Position numbers and translations under genes: made by a program. This document shows positions 1 to 8,000 of a stretch of 37,819 nt of DNA, one piece after another. The first letter of the stretch is position 1. Each line of letters opens with the position of its first letter. The stretch covers positions 1 to 37,819 of the forward strand of contig CAZCRK010000011.1 in assembly GCA_964501035.1 (NCBI GenBank). The letters are read 5' to 3'. Under the pieces are notes generated by a model. It did not search any database and had not been told where the DNA came from. It worked only from the letters and a program-made list of their open reading frames with translations.

Positions 1-410
1 CTAAAAAGTTGATAAATGCTATAAAAACCGATAAATATCCAGCAATTTTTGTAAATTATGCAAACCCAGACATGGTAGGACATACCGGGGATTTAAATGC
101 AGCTATTAAGGCAGTTGAAACCATTGATTCTTGTTTGCAAAAATTACTCACAGAATTTGAAAAAGTTGATACTACATTATTTTTAACTGCAGATCATGGT
201 AATCTCGAGATGATGGTTGATCCAGACACTAAGAACCCACATACTGCTCATACAACTAATCCTGTACCATTGTTTTTAATATCTAAAGATAAATCCTATT
301 CACTACAAGGGGTTGGTAAACTAGCAGATATAGCCCCAACTATTTTAGATTATTTAGGATTAGAAACTCCGAAGGAAATGACTGGAGAAAGCGTATTAAT
401 ACAAAAGTAA
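1..410 (+). CDS. gpmI: 2,3-bisphosphoglycerate-independent phosphoglycerate mutase, C-terminal part (5' end outside the window)
   Basis: iPGM metal-binding motifs NYANPDMVGHTG, TADHGN, HTAHTTNPVP, GKLADIAPTIL and EMTG; the frame is open to the left edge, so the TTG at 9 is not the true start. Confidence 0.96.
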   Translation, partial: KKLINAIKTDKYPAIFVNYANPDMVGHTGDLNAAIKAVETIDSCLQKLLTEFEKVDTTLFLTADHGNLEMMVDPDTKNPHTAHTTNPVPLFLISKDKSYSLQGVGKLADIAPTILDYLGLETPKEMTGESVLIQK

Positions 411-430
411 TTTTAGCTTTCATTACAGTT

Positions 431-2023
431 ATGTTTGGTCACTTTGGGTTTTCTCAAAATTTTTTCTATCAACCAGGAGATTGGTATATTGTTTCAAACC
501 CAGGCAGAATAACATCTTTTACGGAAAGTAATTATACGATATTTATCGGTGCAGAAAATGGAGTGTATTACGTCGATAAATATAATGGAGAATTTGGATA
601 TGATTATGAGATATCTTCAAAGATTGAGTCAAACAATGTTAAATTTATTCAATATCATCCAATTTCTGATCATATATGGATTATCACCAAAACAGATATT
701 TATTTTAAATCATTAAACAGTAGTATTTGGCGTGAGTTATCTTTGTTTGATGTGGGATTAAACAGTATTTATCAAATTGATGATGTTGGGATTTCTCCTG
801 AATATATTTGGTTTAAATCTGCTGGAGTTAAAGTCCCGATTAATCCTTTTAATGGTTCTTTGATTACAGATATTGATATACATGAAGAAGATTTTATTGA
901 GTGGGGTTATTCATACTATGGTGAAGAACATAAATCGATTGATTTGACAAAGTTTTCAATGCACAATGGGTGGAATACACATTTTAATACAATTACATAC
1001 AGGAATGAACAAACTTATTATGCTACAATAATGTTTGAAGATAAAAATCAAGTAATATGGATTGGTACAGAAAATGGTAATTTATTTAAAACTAGACAGA
1101 ACAGACGAAATTTAAAATTGTTTAAAACTGGACCCCATACAAATAATTTATCTACCTCATTTTTGGATGAAAATGGAATGTGGTGGTTTGCTGATAGTGA
1201 GTTTTTACGCACCGGTAATAATAGAAACATATTCAATATTTATAATAATTCAGATTATTTTTTAAGTTTTTGGAATGAAGAAAAAAACATCTGGAAGTAT
1301 TATTCCTTAAGTGAATCTACTCATATTCTAAACTCAGATGTTTTGGCTATAAATAGATCAAGTAGTAATGTGTATTTAGCAACAATGTATGGTATTCTAG
1401 TCTTAGATTTAGTGGAAAACAACTGGTCAATTATTGAACAAAATGACGGACTTCATGACCAAGCAGTTTGGGATATGGTTGTTGTTAACAATTCACTATA
1501 TTGCGCTACATCACGTGGGATAAATGAAATTTCAACTATCAATAATGCGGTTATTCCTCATGATATGGATTTGTTATCACAATTTGATAAAACGGAAATT
1601 TACGATATTGAAAAAAATAATGAATCAATATTGGTTGCTTCACAAAATGGATTGTTTAAAATGAATCTTTCAAAAAATTTATTTACCAAACTATCCGATA
1701 AAGCATTTAGAACAATTCAATTTTCTAATGGAAAAATTTATGGACTTTCAAATAAAGCACTTTATGAAATTACATCTGATAAAGATGATTTGATTGCTCA
1801 AAATGTATCCTGTTTTTCTGTAAATGGAAAATATTTATGGACATTTGAAAATCCTGAAACAGTTTTATACAATTTTGAAACCGGTGATAGGCACTATTAC
1901 GATGAAGATGATGGAATTCCCGGAGATAGAGTGTATAAAATTGATTCCGATAAGGAGTGGGTTTGGTTTATGTCAAATAATGGTTTTGCCTTATATAATT
2001 GGAGTAGATATCATGCTCAATAA
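431..2023 (+). CDS. Secreted beta-propeller repeat protein (two-component-regulator propeller / ligand-binding-sensor-like) with no kinase domain
   Basis: Repeated blade motifs: IFIGAENGVYY, IWIGTENGNLF, DGLHDQAVWDM...LYCATSRGI, ILVASQNGLFK, DGIPGDRVYKI...WVWFMSNNGFALY. The true start may be slightly upstream (see findings). Confidence 0.7.
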   Translation: MFGHFGFSQNFFYQPGDWYIVSNPGRITSFTESNYTIFIGAENGVYYVDKYNGEFGYDYEISSKIESNNVKFIQYHPISDHIWIITKTDIYFKSLNSSIWRELSLFDVGLNSIYQIDDVGISPEYIWFKSAGVKVPINPFNGSLITDIDIHEEDFIEWGYSYYGEEHKSIDLTKFSMHNGWNTHFNTITYRNEQTYYATIMFEDKNQVIWIGTENGNLFKTRQNRRNLKLFKTGPHTNNLSTSFLDENGMWWFADSEFLRTGNNRNIFNIYNNSDYFLSFWNEEKNIWKYYSLSESTHILNSDVLAINRSSSNVYLATMYGILVLDLVENNWSIIEQNDGLHDQAVWDMVVVNNSLYCATSRGINEISTINNAVIPHDMDLLSQFDKTEIYDIEKNNESILVASQNGLFKMNLSKNLFTKLSDKAFRTIQFSNGKIYGLSNKALYEITSDKDDLIAQNVSCFSVNGKYLWTFENPETVLYNFETGDRHYYDEDDGIPGDRVYKIDSDKEWVWFMSNNGFALYNWSRYHAQ

Positions 2024-3194
2024 TGCAGTTTTTATTTTTGTTATATTGTTTATGGTTGGGTGTATAGGAAAAGCACCTGTATTAGATCAAAAAGACAAAC
2101 TTTCATTATCAGTTGTTCAAAACTTAATTGATGCAGACTCAACAAAAATTTTTATAAATGCAGAATTGCCAAATAGGGTGGCAGTATTTAAGAAAAAAGA
2201 AAATCAATTTGTAGCTGAAATTCAAATCATGCTAACAATTTTAGATTTGAAAACAAACAACCAAGTTTATAGAAAATCTTGGAAAAAAATTATAACAGAA
2301 ACATATTATGAGAATACTCGATCTAAAACTTCAAATGTTAAAATTAATGAAATTGTTAACATTATTCAGGGTAATTATCGAATTTTTGTTAAAATTGAGG
2401 ATCTTGATAGTCATTTAAGTTGGAATGCAACTAAAGAAATTCATAAAAAGGATTATAAAGTTTTAAGTAGTATTACACCGGTCAAATCATCCCATGGTGA
2501 TTTTAAACCCATTATTGAGAGATTTAATCTTCAAACGGATACACTTTTTCTACAATGTCAAGTGTTTGATTCAACATATTCGAATGAGAAAATGATTATT
2601 AAAACTTTTTATGATGATGAATTGATTGACTCTATTACATATCATTTAAGTAACAATCCACCATTCCATATATATAATCTTCCAATCCATCCAAGAAATG
2701 AATCCTTTCAAAAACTTCAATTTTCTGTTTGTTATAAAAATCAAATTAGAGAAGTTAGTGTCCCATTAAAAGGAGTGCTTTCAAAGTATTGGAGTTATGA
2801 TTTAAATGAAGTCGTTGCTGTTATGAATTATATTCTGACTACGGAAGAAGTTAAACTTTTAAATAAGTTAGATATGGTTGATAAAGAAAAATTTATTGAT
2901 ATGTATTGGACAGCAAAAAACCCAAATCCAGAGCAAGAATTTAATCCTGTATTAAATGAGTTTAATAAACGTGTAAAATATGCAAATACGAAGTTTTCCA
3001 TTGCTGGAAAAGGGTGGCGTACAGATATGGGTCGGATTTATATTAAATATGGACCTCCACTAAATGTTGAGAATCAATTCAATGACCGGGAAGGATATCG
3101 TTTGCAAATTTGGCATTATAATTTAGGCAAACAATTTATATTTATTGATAGGGGTCTGTTTGGTCATTACGAATTGTATAGAGAAATTAATTAA
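2013..3194 (+). CDS. GWxTD domain-containing lipoprotein
   Basis: C-terminal FNKRVKYAN...GWRTDMGRIYIKYGPP...QIWHY is the GWxTD signature. Start reassigned from 1824 to the ATG at 2013 (GGAG at 2001-2004; MLNNAVFIFVILFMVG-C lipobox signal), giving an 11-nt overlap with the upstream gene. Confidence 0.88.
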   Translation: MLNNAVFIFVILFMVGCIGKAPVLDQKDKLSLSVVQNLIDADSTKIFINAELPNRVAVFKKKENQFVAEIQIMLTILDLKTNNQVYRKSWKKIITETYYENTRSKTSNVKINEIVNIIQGNYRIFVKIEDLDSHLSWNATKEIHKKDYKVLSSITPVKSSHGDFKPIIERFNLQTDTLFLQCQVFDSTYSNEKMIIKTFYDDELIDSITYHLSNNPPFHIYNLPIHPRNESFQKLQFSVCYKNQIREVSVPLKGVLSKYWSYDLNEVVAVMNYILTTEEVKLLNKLDMVDKEKFIDMYWTAKNPNPEQEFNPVLNEFNKRVKYANTKFSIAGKGWRTDMGRIYIKYGPPLNVENQFNDREGYRLQIWHYNLGKQFIFIDRGLFGHYELYREIN

Positions 3195-4000
3195 TGTCTG
3201 ATTGTAAAAACAGAATATATTCTTATTCTCAAATCAATACTTTTACTAGCTGTCCTGAGTTATTCAAAATATCATATTTAGATAAAATTCGAAAAAAGGA
3301 TGAAAGTATAGAAGCATACATGGGTAAACGGGTTCATGAATCTCTAGAATGGCTTTATTTACCTGAAAATAATGAAAAACTATATGTCACATTTGATAAG
3401 CTAGTAAAGGTGTATGATACTTTGTGGTTAAACAATTGGCACGATAAAATATTCATAGCTGACCGACTCTATACTACAGATTACTATTATTCAATTGGGA
3501 AACGTTGTTTAGCAAATTACTATAATAAGTACGGACCTGCATTTGATCAAAGTATAGTAAACACAGAAAAGGAATTTGAATTTAAAGTTGATGAATTTTC
3601 GTTTAAAGGAATTGTTGATAGGATAGACCATGACGGCAATGGAAATTGGAGCATCCATGATTATAAAACAGGCAAACGTGCAAAAACTGCTCGACAAGCT
3701 GTAAGCGATTTCCAATTAGCATTATATCATATTGCATTAACACAACATGAAGAAAATATTAAATCAATCGAGTTAATCTGGCATTATTTGAGAACCTATA
3801 CAAAAGTATCGATTTTCCACAATGATAAATCAATCGAAGAGCTAACAAACAAAATAGTCAAAAAAATTACCAAAGTAAATTATGCATGTGAACATCCAGA
3901 TTCTATTTATCCAAGAGAATCAATGCTTTGTAATTGGTGTTATTATTGGGAAGAATGTTCAGCAAAACCACATAAAAATCCAGTAAAACAAGCAGTTTAA
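3194..4000 (+). CDS. RecB/AddB-like PD-(D/E)XK nuclease (PDDEXK_1 family) with a probable 4Fe-4S cluster
   Basis: SYSQINTFTSCP, GKRVHESLE, GIVDRID, IHDYKTG, QLALY and C-terminal CNWCYYWEEC (1+3 Cys arrangement); TAATG overlap with the upstream stop. Confidence 0.88.
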   Translation: MSDCKNRIYSYSQINTFTSCPELFKISYLDKIRKKDESIEAYMGKRVHESLEWLYLPENNEKLYVTFDKLVKVYDTLWLNNWHDKIFIADRLYTTDYYYSIGKRCLANYYNKYGPAFDQSIVNTEKEFEFKVDEFSFKGIVDRIDHDGNGNWSIHDYKTGKRAKTARQAVSDFQLALYHIALTQHEENIKSIELIWHYLRTYTKVSIFHNDKSIEELTNKIVKKITKVNYACEHPDSIYPRESMLCNWCYYWEECSAKPHKNPVKQAV

Positions 4001-4002
4001 CA

Positions 4003-4434
4003 TTGGACATTGCTACCCCAAAAACGAAGGAAGAATTTAATCAGTATTATTATTTACGATGGGAAATTCTTCGAAAACCTTTTGAAAAACCAATTGGAAG
4101 TGAACAAGATGAATTAGAAGCTGAAAGTTTTCATCGAATGTGTGTAATTGATGGAAAAATTGTAGCTGTTGGGCGTCTTCATTTTAACTCTGAAAATGAA
4201 GCACAAATTCGATTTATGGCTGTGCATCCAAGATTCCAAAAACAAGGTATAGGATTAGAGTTAGTAAAGGAATTTGAAAAATTAGCAAAAGCAAAAAATT
4301 GTTCAAACATTATTTTGTATGCACGGGATTATGCACTTCAATTTTATCAAAAACTAGGTTATGAAACAATTAAAAAGTCTCATATGTTATATGGTCAATT
4401 ACAACATTATCTAATGAGAAAGATATTAAATTAG
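4003..4434 (+). CDS. GNAT-family acetyltransferase resembling the N-terminal domain of YiiD/FabY/MadA
   Basis: YYYLRWEILRKP, VAVGRL, IRFMAVHPRFQKQGIG (acetyl-CoA motif A) and ALQFYQKLGY; TTG start 2 nt after the nuclease stop. Confidence 0.88.
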   Translation: MDIATPKTKEEFNQYYYLRWEILRKPFEKPIGSEQDELEAESFHRMCVIDGKIVAVGRLHFNSENEAQIRFMAVHPRFQKQGIGLELVKEFEKLAKAKNCSNIILYARDYALQFYQKLGYETIKKSHMLYGQLQHYLMRKILN

Positions 4435-4451
4435 TAGCAATACTATTATTT
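4432..4451 (+). terminator. Weak candidate intrinsic terminator between convergent operons
   Basis: TAGTA-GCAA-TACTA hairpin (5-bp stem, GNRA loop) followed by TTATTT, starting at the GNAT stop codon. The stem is short and AT-rich. Confidence 0.3.
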
Positions 4452-4467
4452 GAATTAAGATGTTTAT

Positions 4468-5589
4468 TTAACCTTGTTTGTTATTACATATTTCACTGAG
4501 CTTATCATCATACAATTGAATTATGTTCTTCCAATCGAATGGAGCTGCTAAATCTTTATATGAAGGACGATTATTAGAGTTAAGCAGTTCGATAGTTTTT
4601 GAAATCAATTCATTTATATCTGAATAAAATAATTGTGGGTTCTTATCTTTATGAAACAATTCTGGATATGTTAGGCGTTGTGGTAATATTGGCACTACCC
4701 CACTATAGACGGCTTCCATAATGCTTCCCCCAAAGAAATCTTGAATGTTTGTAACTGGCAATATATCAGATTTCCATAACCAAATTGCATATTCTTTAAC
4801 CGATGAGGCAAATCCACTGTGTAAAATATGATTTTCAAATTCATTTAAGATAGTATTAAATATTGGAGGAGAAGATGAGTAAGATTCACCCAAAATAACC
4901 AAGTCAAATTTTTGTTTTTTTTCTTTTAGTCCGCATAGCAATGTGTAAAAATCTTCAGGGTTTTTATCATATTCCCAACGATGATTCCATAGAATAATTG
5001 GACAATCGTTTTTATTTTTAGATGTTTTTTGTAAATCAAATTGATTTAAATTCAAACCCAAATGTAGTACTTCACTTTTTTTAGATATATTATCTATTGT
5101 ATCTAGCTCTTGATAATCTGGGAATTTTTTTAAAAATGGTGTTAACTCGGTAAGAAAAGAACTTTTATGATACTCTGAATTGAAAAATAAATGATTAGCC
5201 GATAATGCTGATGCATAATTGATAAAACAATAATGTTCGTCTCTTTTTAATTGGACATCTTCATCGCAAGGTGACCACGGATAAGTGAGCTGATTTTCAT
5301 GAAAATACATAGCAATTGGAATGTTAAATGTTTTATCGCGTGAAAGTCCCAAAAATGTAGAAACATCAAGCATGTCTGAAGCTAATATTAAATCTATTGG
5401 TATTGACGTTGAATCACAATAATTATTGAATTGTTTGGCAAGTGAAACAGCACCGCCATGCATTCTCCATTTCCAAAATCTACCTTCAAGAGACAGTACA
5501 TTTACCTCGTGAGAACTATGTTTAACAAATCCTTCAACCCAAGATTTATGGGACCCACTAAAAAATGGTTCTAATACAAGAATGTGCAT
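4468..5589 (-). CDS. DUF3524 / GTDC1 (QTMAN, tRNA-queuosine alpha-mannosyltransferase)-like GT-B glycosyltransferase
   Basis: LEPFFSGSHK, WKWRMHGGA, YFHENQLTYP, FNSEYHK, WNHRWEYDKNPE, DFFGGSIMEAVYSG and LTYPELF follow, in order, the conserved blocks I recall for GTDC1-family proteins. Confidence 0.85.
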   Translation of the reverse strand: MHILVLEPFFSGSHKSWVEGFVKHSSHEVNVLSLEGRFWKWRMHGGAVSLAKQFNNYCDSTSIPIDLILASDMLDVSTFLGLSRDKTFNIPIAMYFHENQLTYPWSPCDEDVQLKRDEHYCFINYASALSANHLFFNSEYHKSSFLTELTPFLKKFPDYQELDTIDNISKKSEVLHLGLNLNQFDLQKTSKNKNDCPIILWNHRWEYDKNPEDFYTLLCGLKEKKQKFDLVILGESYSSSPPIFNTILNEFENHILHSGFASSVKEYAIWLWKSDILPVTNIQDFFGGSIMEAVYSGVVPILPQRLTYPELFHKDKNPQLFYSDINELISKTIELLNSNNRPSYKDLAAPFDWKNIIQLYDDKLSEICNNKQG

Positions 5590-5608
5590 AAAATTTTTAT
5601 CAACACCA

Positions 5609-5842
5609 CTATTTTAACCACGATTTAACATGAGCTTCATCAGGTATGGATCCTGAATGGACTACTTTATTATCAATCACAATTGCAGGTGTATTCATTA
5701 CACCAAAACTCATGATGACCTCTAAACTGGTTTCCTTCACAACTTTTATTGGAATGTTACTTTCATCCGCAATATTTTGAATATATTCAGCTGTTTTAAC
5801 GCATTTAGCACATCCACTTCCAAGTACAATAATTTGTTTCAT
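5609..5842 (-). CDS. Small redox-active disulfide protein (MTH895 / Thioredoxin_3 family)
   Basis: 77 aa; VLGSGCAKC, GVMNTPAIVID and GSIP; AGGAG SD upstream; typical partner of DUF318 permeases. Confidence 0.9.
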   Translation of the reverse strand: MKQIIVLGSGCAKCVKTAEYIQNIADESNIPIKVVKETSLEVIMSFGVMNTPAIVIDNKVVHSGSIPDEAHVKSWLK

Positions 5843-5856
5843 AAGGTTCTCCTAAA

Positions 5857-6834
5857 TTAATAGGTTAAGTTTAATATCCATCCGATAAAAGTAAAAGCAA
5901 ACAGCAACATAATAAAAACGGTTACGAGTAATTTCCATTGCATAACCTGTTTTAAAAGTACAAATTCTGGAAAACTAGCTGCAATAGTACTCATACAAAA
6001 TGCCAGTGTAGTGCCAAGAGGTAACCCTTTTAATAATAAACTTTCCATTATGGGAATTACACCAGTTGCATTTGAATAAAGCGGGATACCAACAAAAACT
6101 GCTACAGGTACAGACCACCACTTACCATGTCCAAAATTTGAAGCAAACCAATTTTCAGGCATATATCCATGTAACATAGCTCCTAAACTGACCCCAATGA
6201 TTACCCATTTCCAAACTCGTGAGAAAATTTCAAATAATTCGTGTTTTGCAAATCTATGTCGTTCTGATAATGAAAGTTTCGAATCTACTAAAGATGCAGA
6301 TTCAACTTTTGAAGTGGATTGCTGGTAAGCTTTTAAAGCAAAGGATTGTAACCACTTCTCAGCGTGGATAAAATCCAGAAACAAACCACCTAAAATTCCA
6401 ACTGAAATGCCTGAAACGATGTAAATCAACGTTATTTTCCATCCTACCAAATTTATGAGTAAGATAACTGCAACCTCATTAATCAATGGGGAAGTAATAA
6501 GAAAAGCCATTGTAACTCCAACAGGTATGCCAGCTGAAGTGAAACCTAGAAACACCGGAATGCTAGAACATGAGCAAAAAGGTGTGATTGCACCAAATAC
6601 ACTACCCATTCCATAACCTAGGAATTTATGTTTTCTTGATAAATAATCTCGCACTTTTTCAACATTGAGTGATGCACGGACTAATGCAATTAGATAAATC
6701 ATCACAATCAGCAAAAAGAATATTTTTATTGTATCATCTACAAAAAAGTGCAAGGAACTTCCTGCTTTTGAGTTTGGAGAAAATTCAAAAAAAGTGTAAA
6801 TCAGCCAAGAAGCAAAATTATTAATTAAACTCAT
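5857..6834 (-). CDS. ArsP/DUF318-family permease
   Basis: Multi-TM protein with the TPFCSCSSIP motif, MAFLITSPLINE, GIPLYSNA and GLPLGTTLAF. Confidence 0.88.
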   Translation of the reverse strand: MSLINNFASWLIYTFFEFSPNSKAGSSLHFFVDDTIKIFFLLIVMIYLIALVRASLNVEKVRDYLSRKHKFLGYGMGSVFGAITPFCSCSSIPVFLGFTSAGIPVGVTMAFLITSPLINEVAVILLINLVGWKITLIYIVSGISVGILGGLFLDFIHAEKWLQSFALKAYQQSTSKVESASLVDSKLSLSERHRFAKHELFEIFSRVWKWVIIGVSLGAMLHGYMPENWFASNFGHGKWWSVPVAVFVGIPLYSNATGVIPIMESLLLKGLPLGTTLAFCMSTIAASFPEFVLLKQVMQWKLLVTVFIMLLFAFTFIGWILNLTY

Positions 6835-6886
6835 GGTTCAAATTTAGTAAACTACCTTATCAAAAATTACCGTTTATCTTTAATAT
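6835..6886. promoter_or_regulatory. 52-bp divergent promoter region; both flanking genes look leaderless
   Basis: Minus strand: TAAATT (6846-6841) 6 nt before the ATG at 6834. Plus strand: TATCTT (6875-6880) 6 nt before the ATG at 6887. No SD for either gene. Confidence 0.45.
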
Positions 6887-7993
6887 ATGAATTCAAAAAC
6901 ATATAAAACACTTGGGCTTATGTCAGGTACATCAATGGATGGATTGGACTGTGGTCTTTTTGACATATCATTAACAGATGACTATAAACTGCAATGGAAG
7001 TGTATTGATTTTAAAACTATGCAATATAATTCTAAAGTAAGGCATGTGATTGAAGATGCTCTAACAGGTGATTATTTTTTAGGAAAAGTGGCTCATTTAA
7101 CATTAGGGCACGTTTTTAATGAGTTAGTAGTTCAATTTTTAGATGGTAGAGAAGTAGAGTTAATCGGTTCACATGGACAAACAATAGCTCACAGCGATGG
7201 AAAATTCACAGAACAAATTGGTGATATTCAATTTATGAAAGAAACGTATAAAGTCCCTATTATTCATGATGTGCGTCAAGCAGATGTTTTTGAAGGAGGA
7301 AATGGAGCACCACTGATGCCATTTCTTGATTGGTTGTTATTTCAAAATTCCAACAAACATGTTATTACCCTTAATATTGGAGGTGTTGCCAATGTAACAT
7401 CTATTCATCCAAATGCAGAAAGAAATGATGTTATTGGGTTTGATACTGGACCAGGAATGGCACTAATTGATACGTGTGCGTTACAATGTTTTCAAGATAA
7501 ATGGGATACAGACGGAAAATATTCAAGGAGTGGTGAAACTGATGAAGACTTACTAGCTTTTTGTATGAATCAAACATTCATTTCAAAACAACCACCTAAA
7601 TCTACTGGTCGACATGAATTTGGAGAATCATTTTTATCTATAATTTTAGAAAACTTTAGTAATGTTTCACCTGAAAATTTGTTAAGAACTTTAATCCATT
7701 TTAGCGCACAATCTATTTCTGATAATATTCAAAAGTACTGTAATTTTACCCCTTCAATAACAGAGGTTATAGTAAGTGGTGGTGGAGTACACCACCCATT
7801 ATTAATGAAAACATTGCAAAATATGTTAAAACCAGCGAAAGTGATTATATCAGATTCAATTGGAATAGCACCTGATATGAAGGAATCACTTTTAATGGCG
7901 ACTTTAGCTGTTGCGAACAAAAATGAATTACCAGCTAATATGCCATCAGTAACAGGTGCAAATGATATAGTGATACTTGGTAAAAAGGGTTGA
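6887..7993 (+). CDS. anmK: Anhydro-N-acetylmuramic acid kinase
   Basis: GLMSGTSMDGLD, GSHGQT, GGNGAPL, LNIGGVAN, FDTGPG, PPKSTGRHEF, VSGGG and PSVTGA. Confidence 0.96.
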   Translation: MNSKTYKTLGLMSGTSMDGLDCGLFDISLTDDYKLQWKCIDFKTMQYNSKVRHVIEDALTGDYFLGKVAHLTLGHVFNELVVQFLDGREVELIGSHGQTIAHSDGKFTEQIGDIQFMKETYKVPIIHDVRQADVFEGGNGAPLMPFLDWLLFQNSNKHVITLNIGGVANVTSIHPNAERNDVIGFDTGPGMALIDTCALQCFQDKWDTDGKYSRSGETDEDLLAFCMNQTFISKQPPKSTGRHEFGESFLSIILENFSNVSPENLLRTLIHFSAQSISDNIQKYCNFTPSITEVIVSGGGVHHPLLMKTLQNMLKPAKVIISDSIGIAPDMKESLLMATLAVANKNELPANMPSVTGANDIVILGKKG

Positions 7994-8000
7994 ATAAAAA

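Noticed and set aside
1824..2012. 63-codon N-terminal extension of the GWxTD ORF in the ORF track
   Set aside because: It lies inside the propeller gene; the ATG at 2013 has a GGAG SD and yields a proper lipoprotein signal.
3194..4000. Cas4 or a CRISPR-Cas locus
   Set aside because: No cas1/cas2, no repeat-spacer array and no room for one; the motifs fit the broader PDDEXK_1 family.
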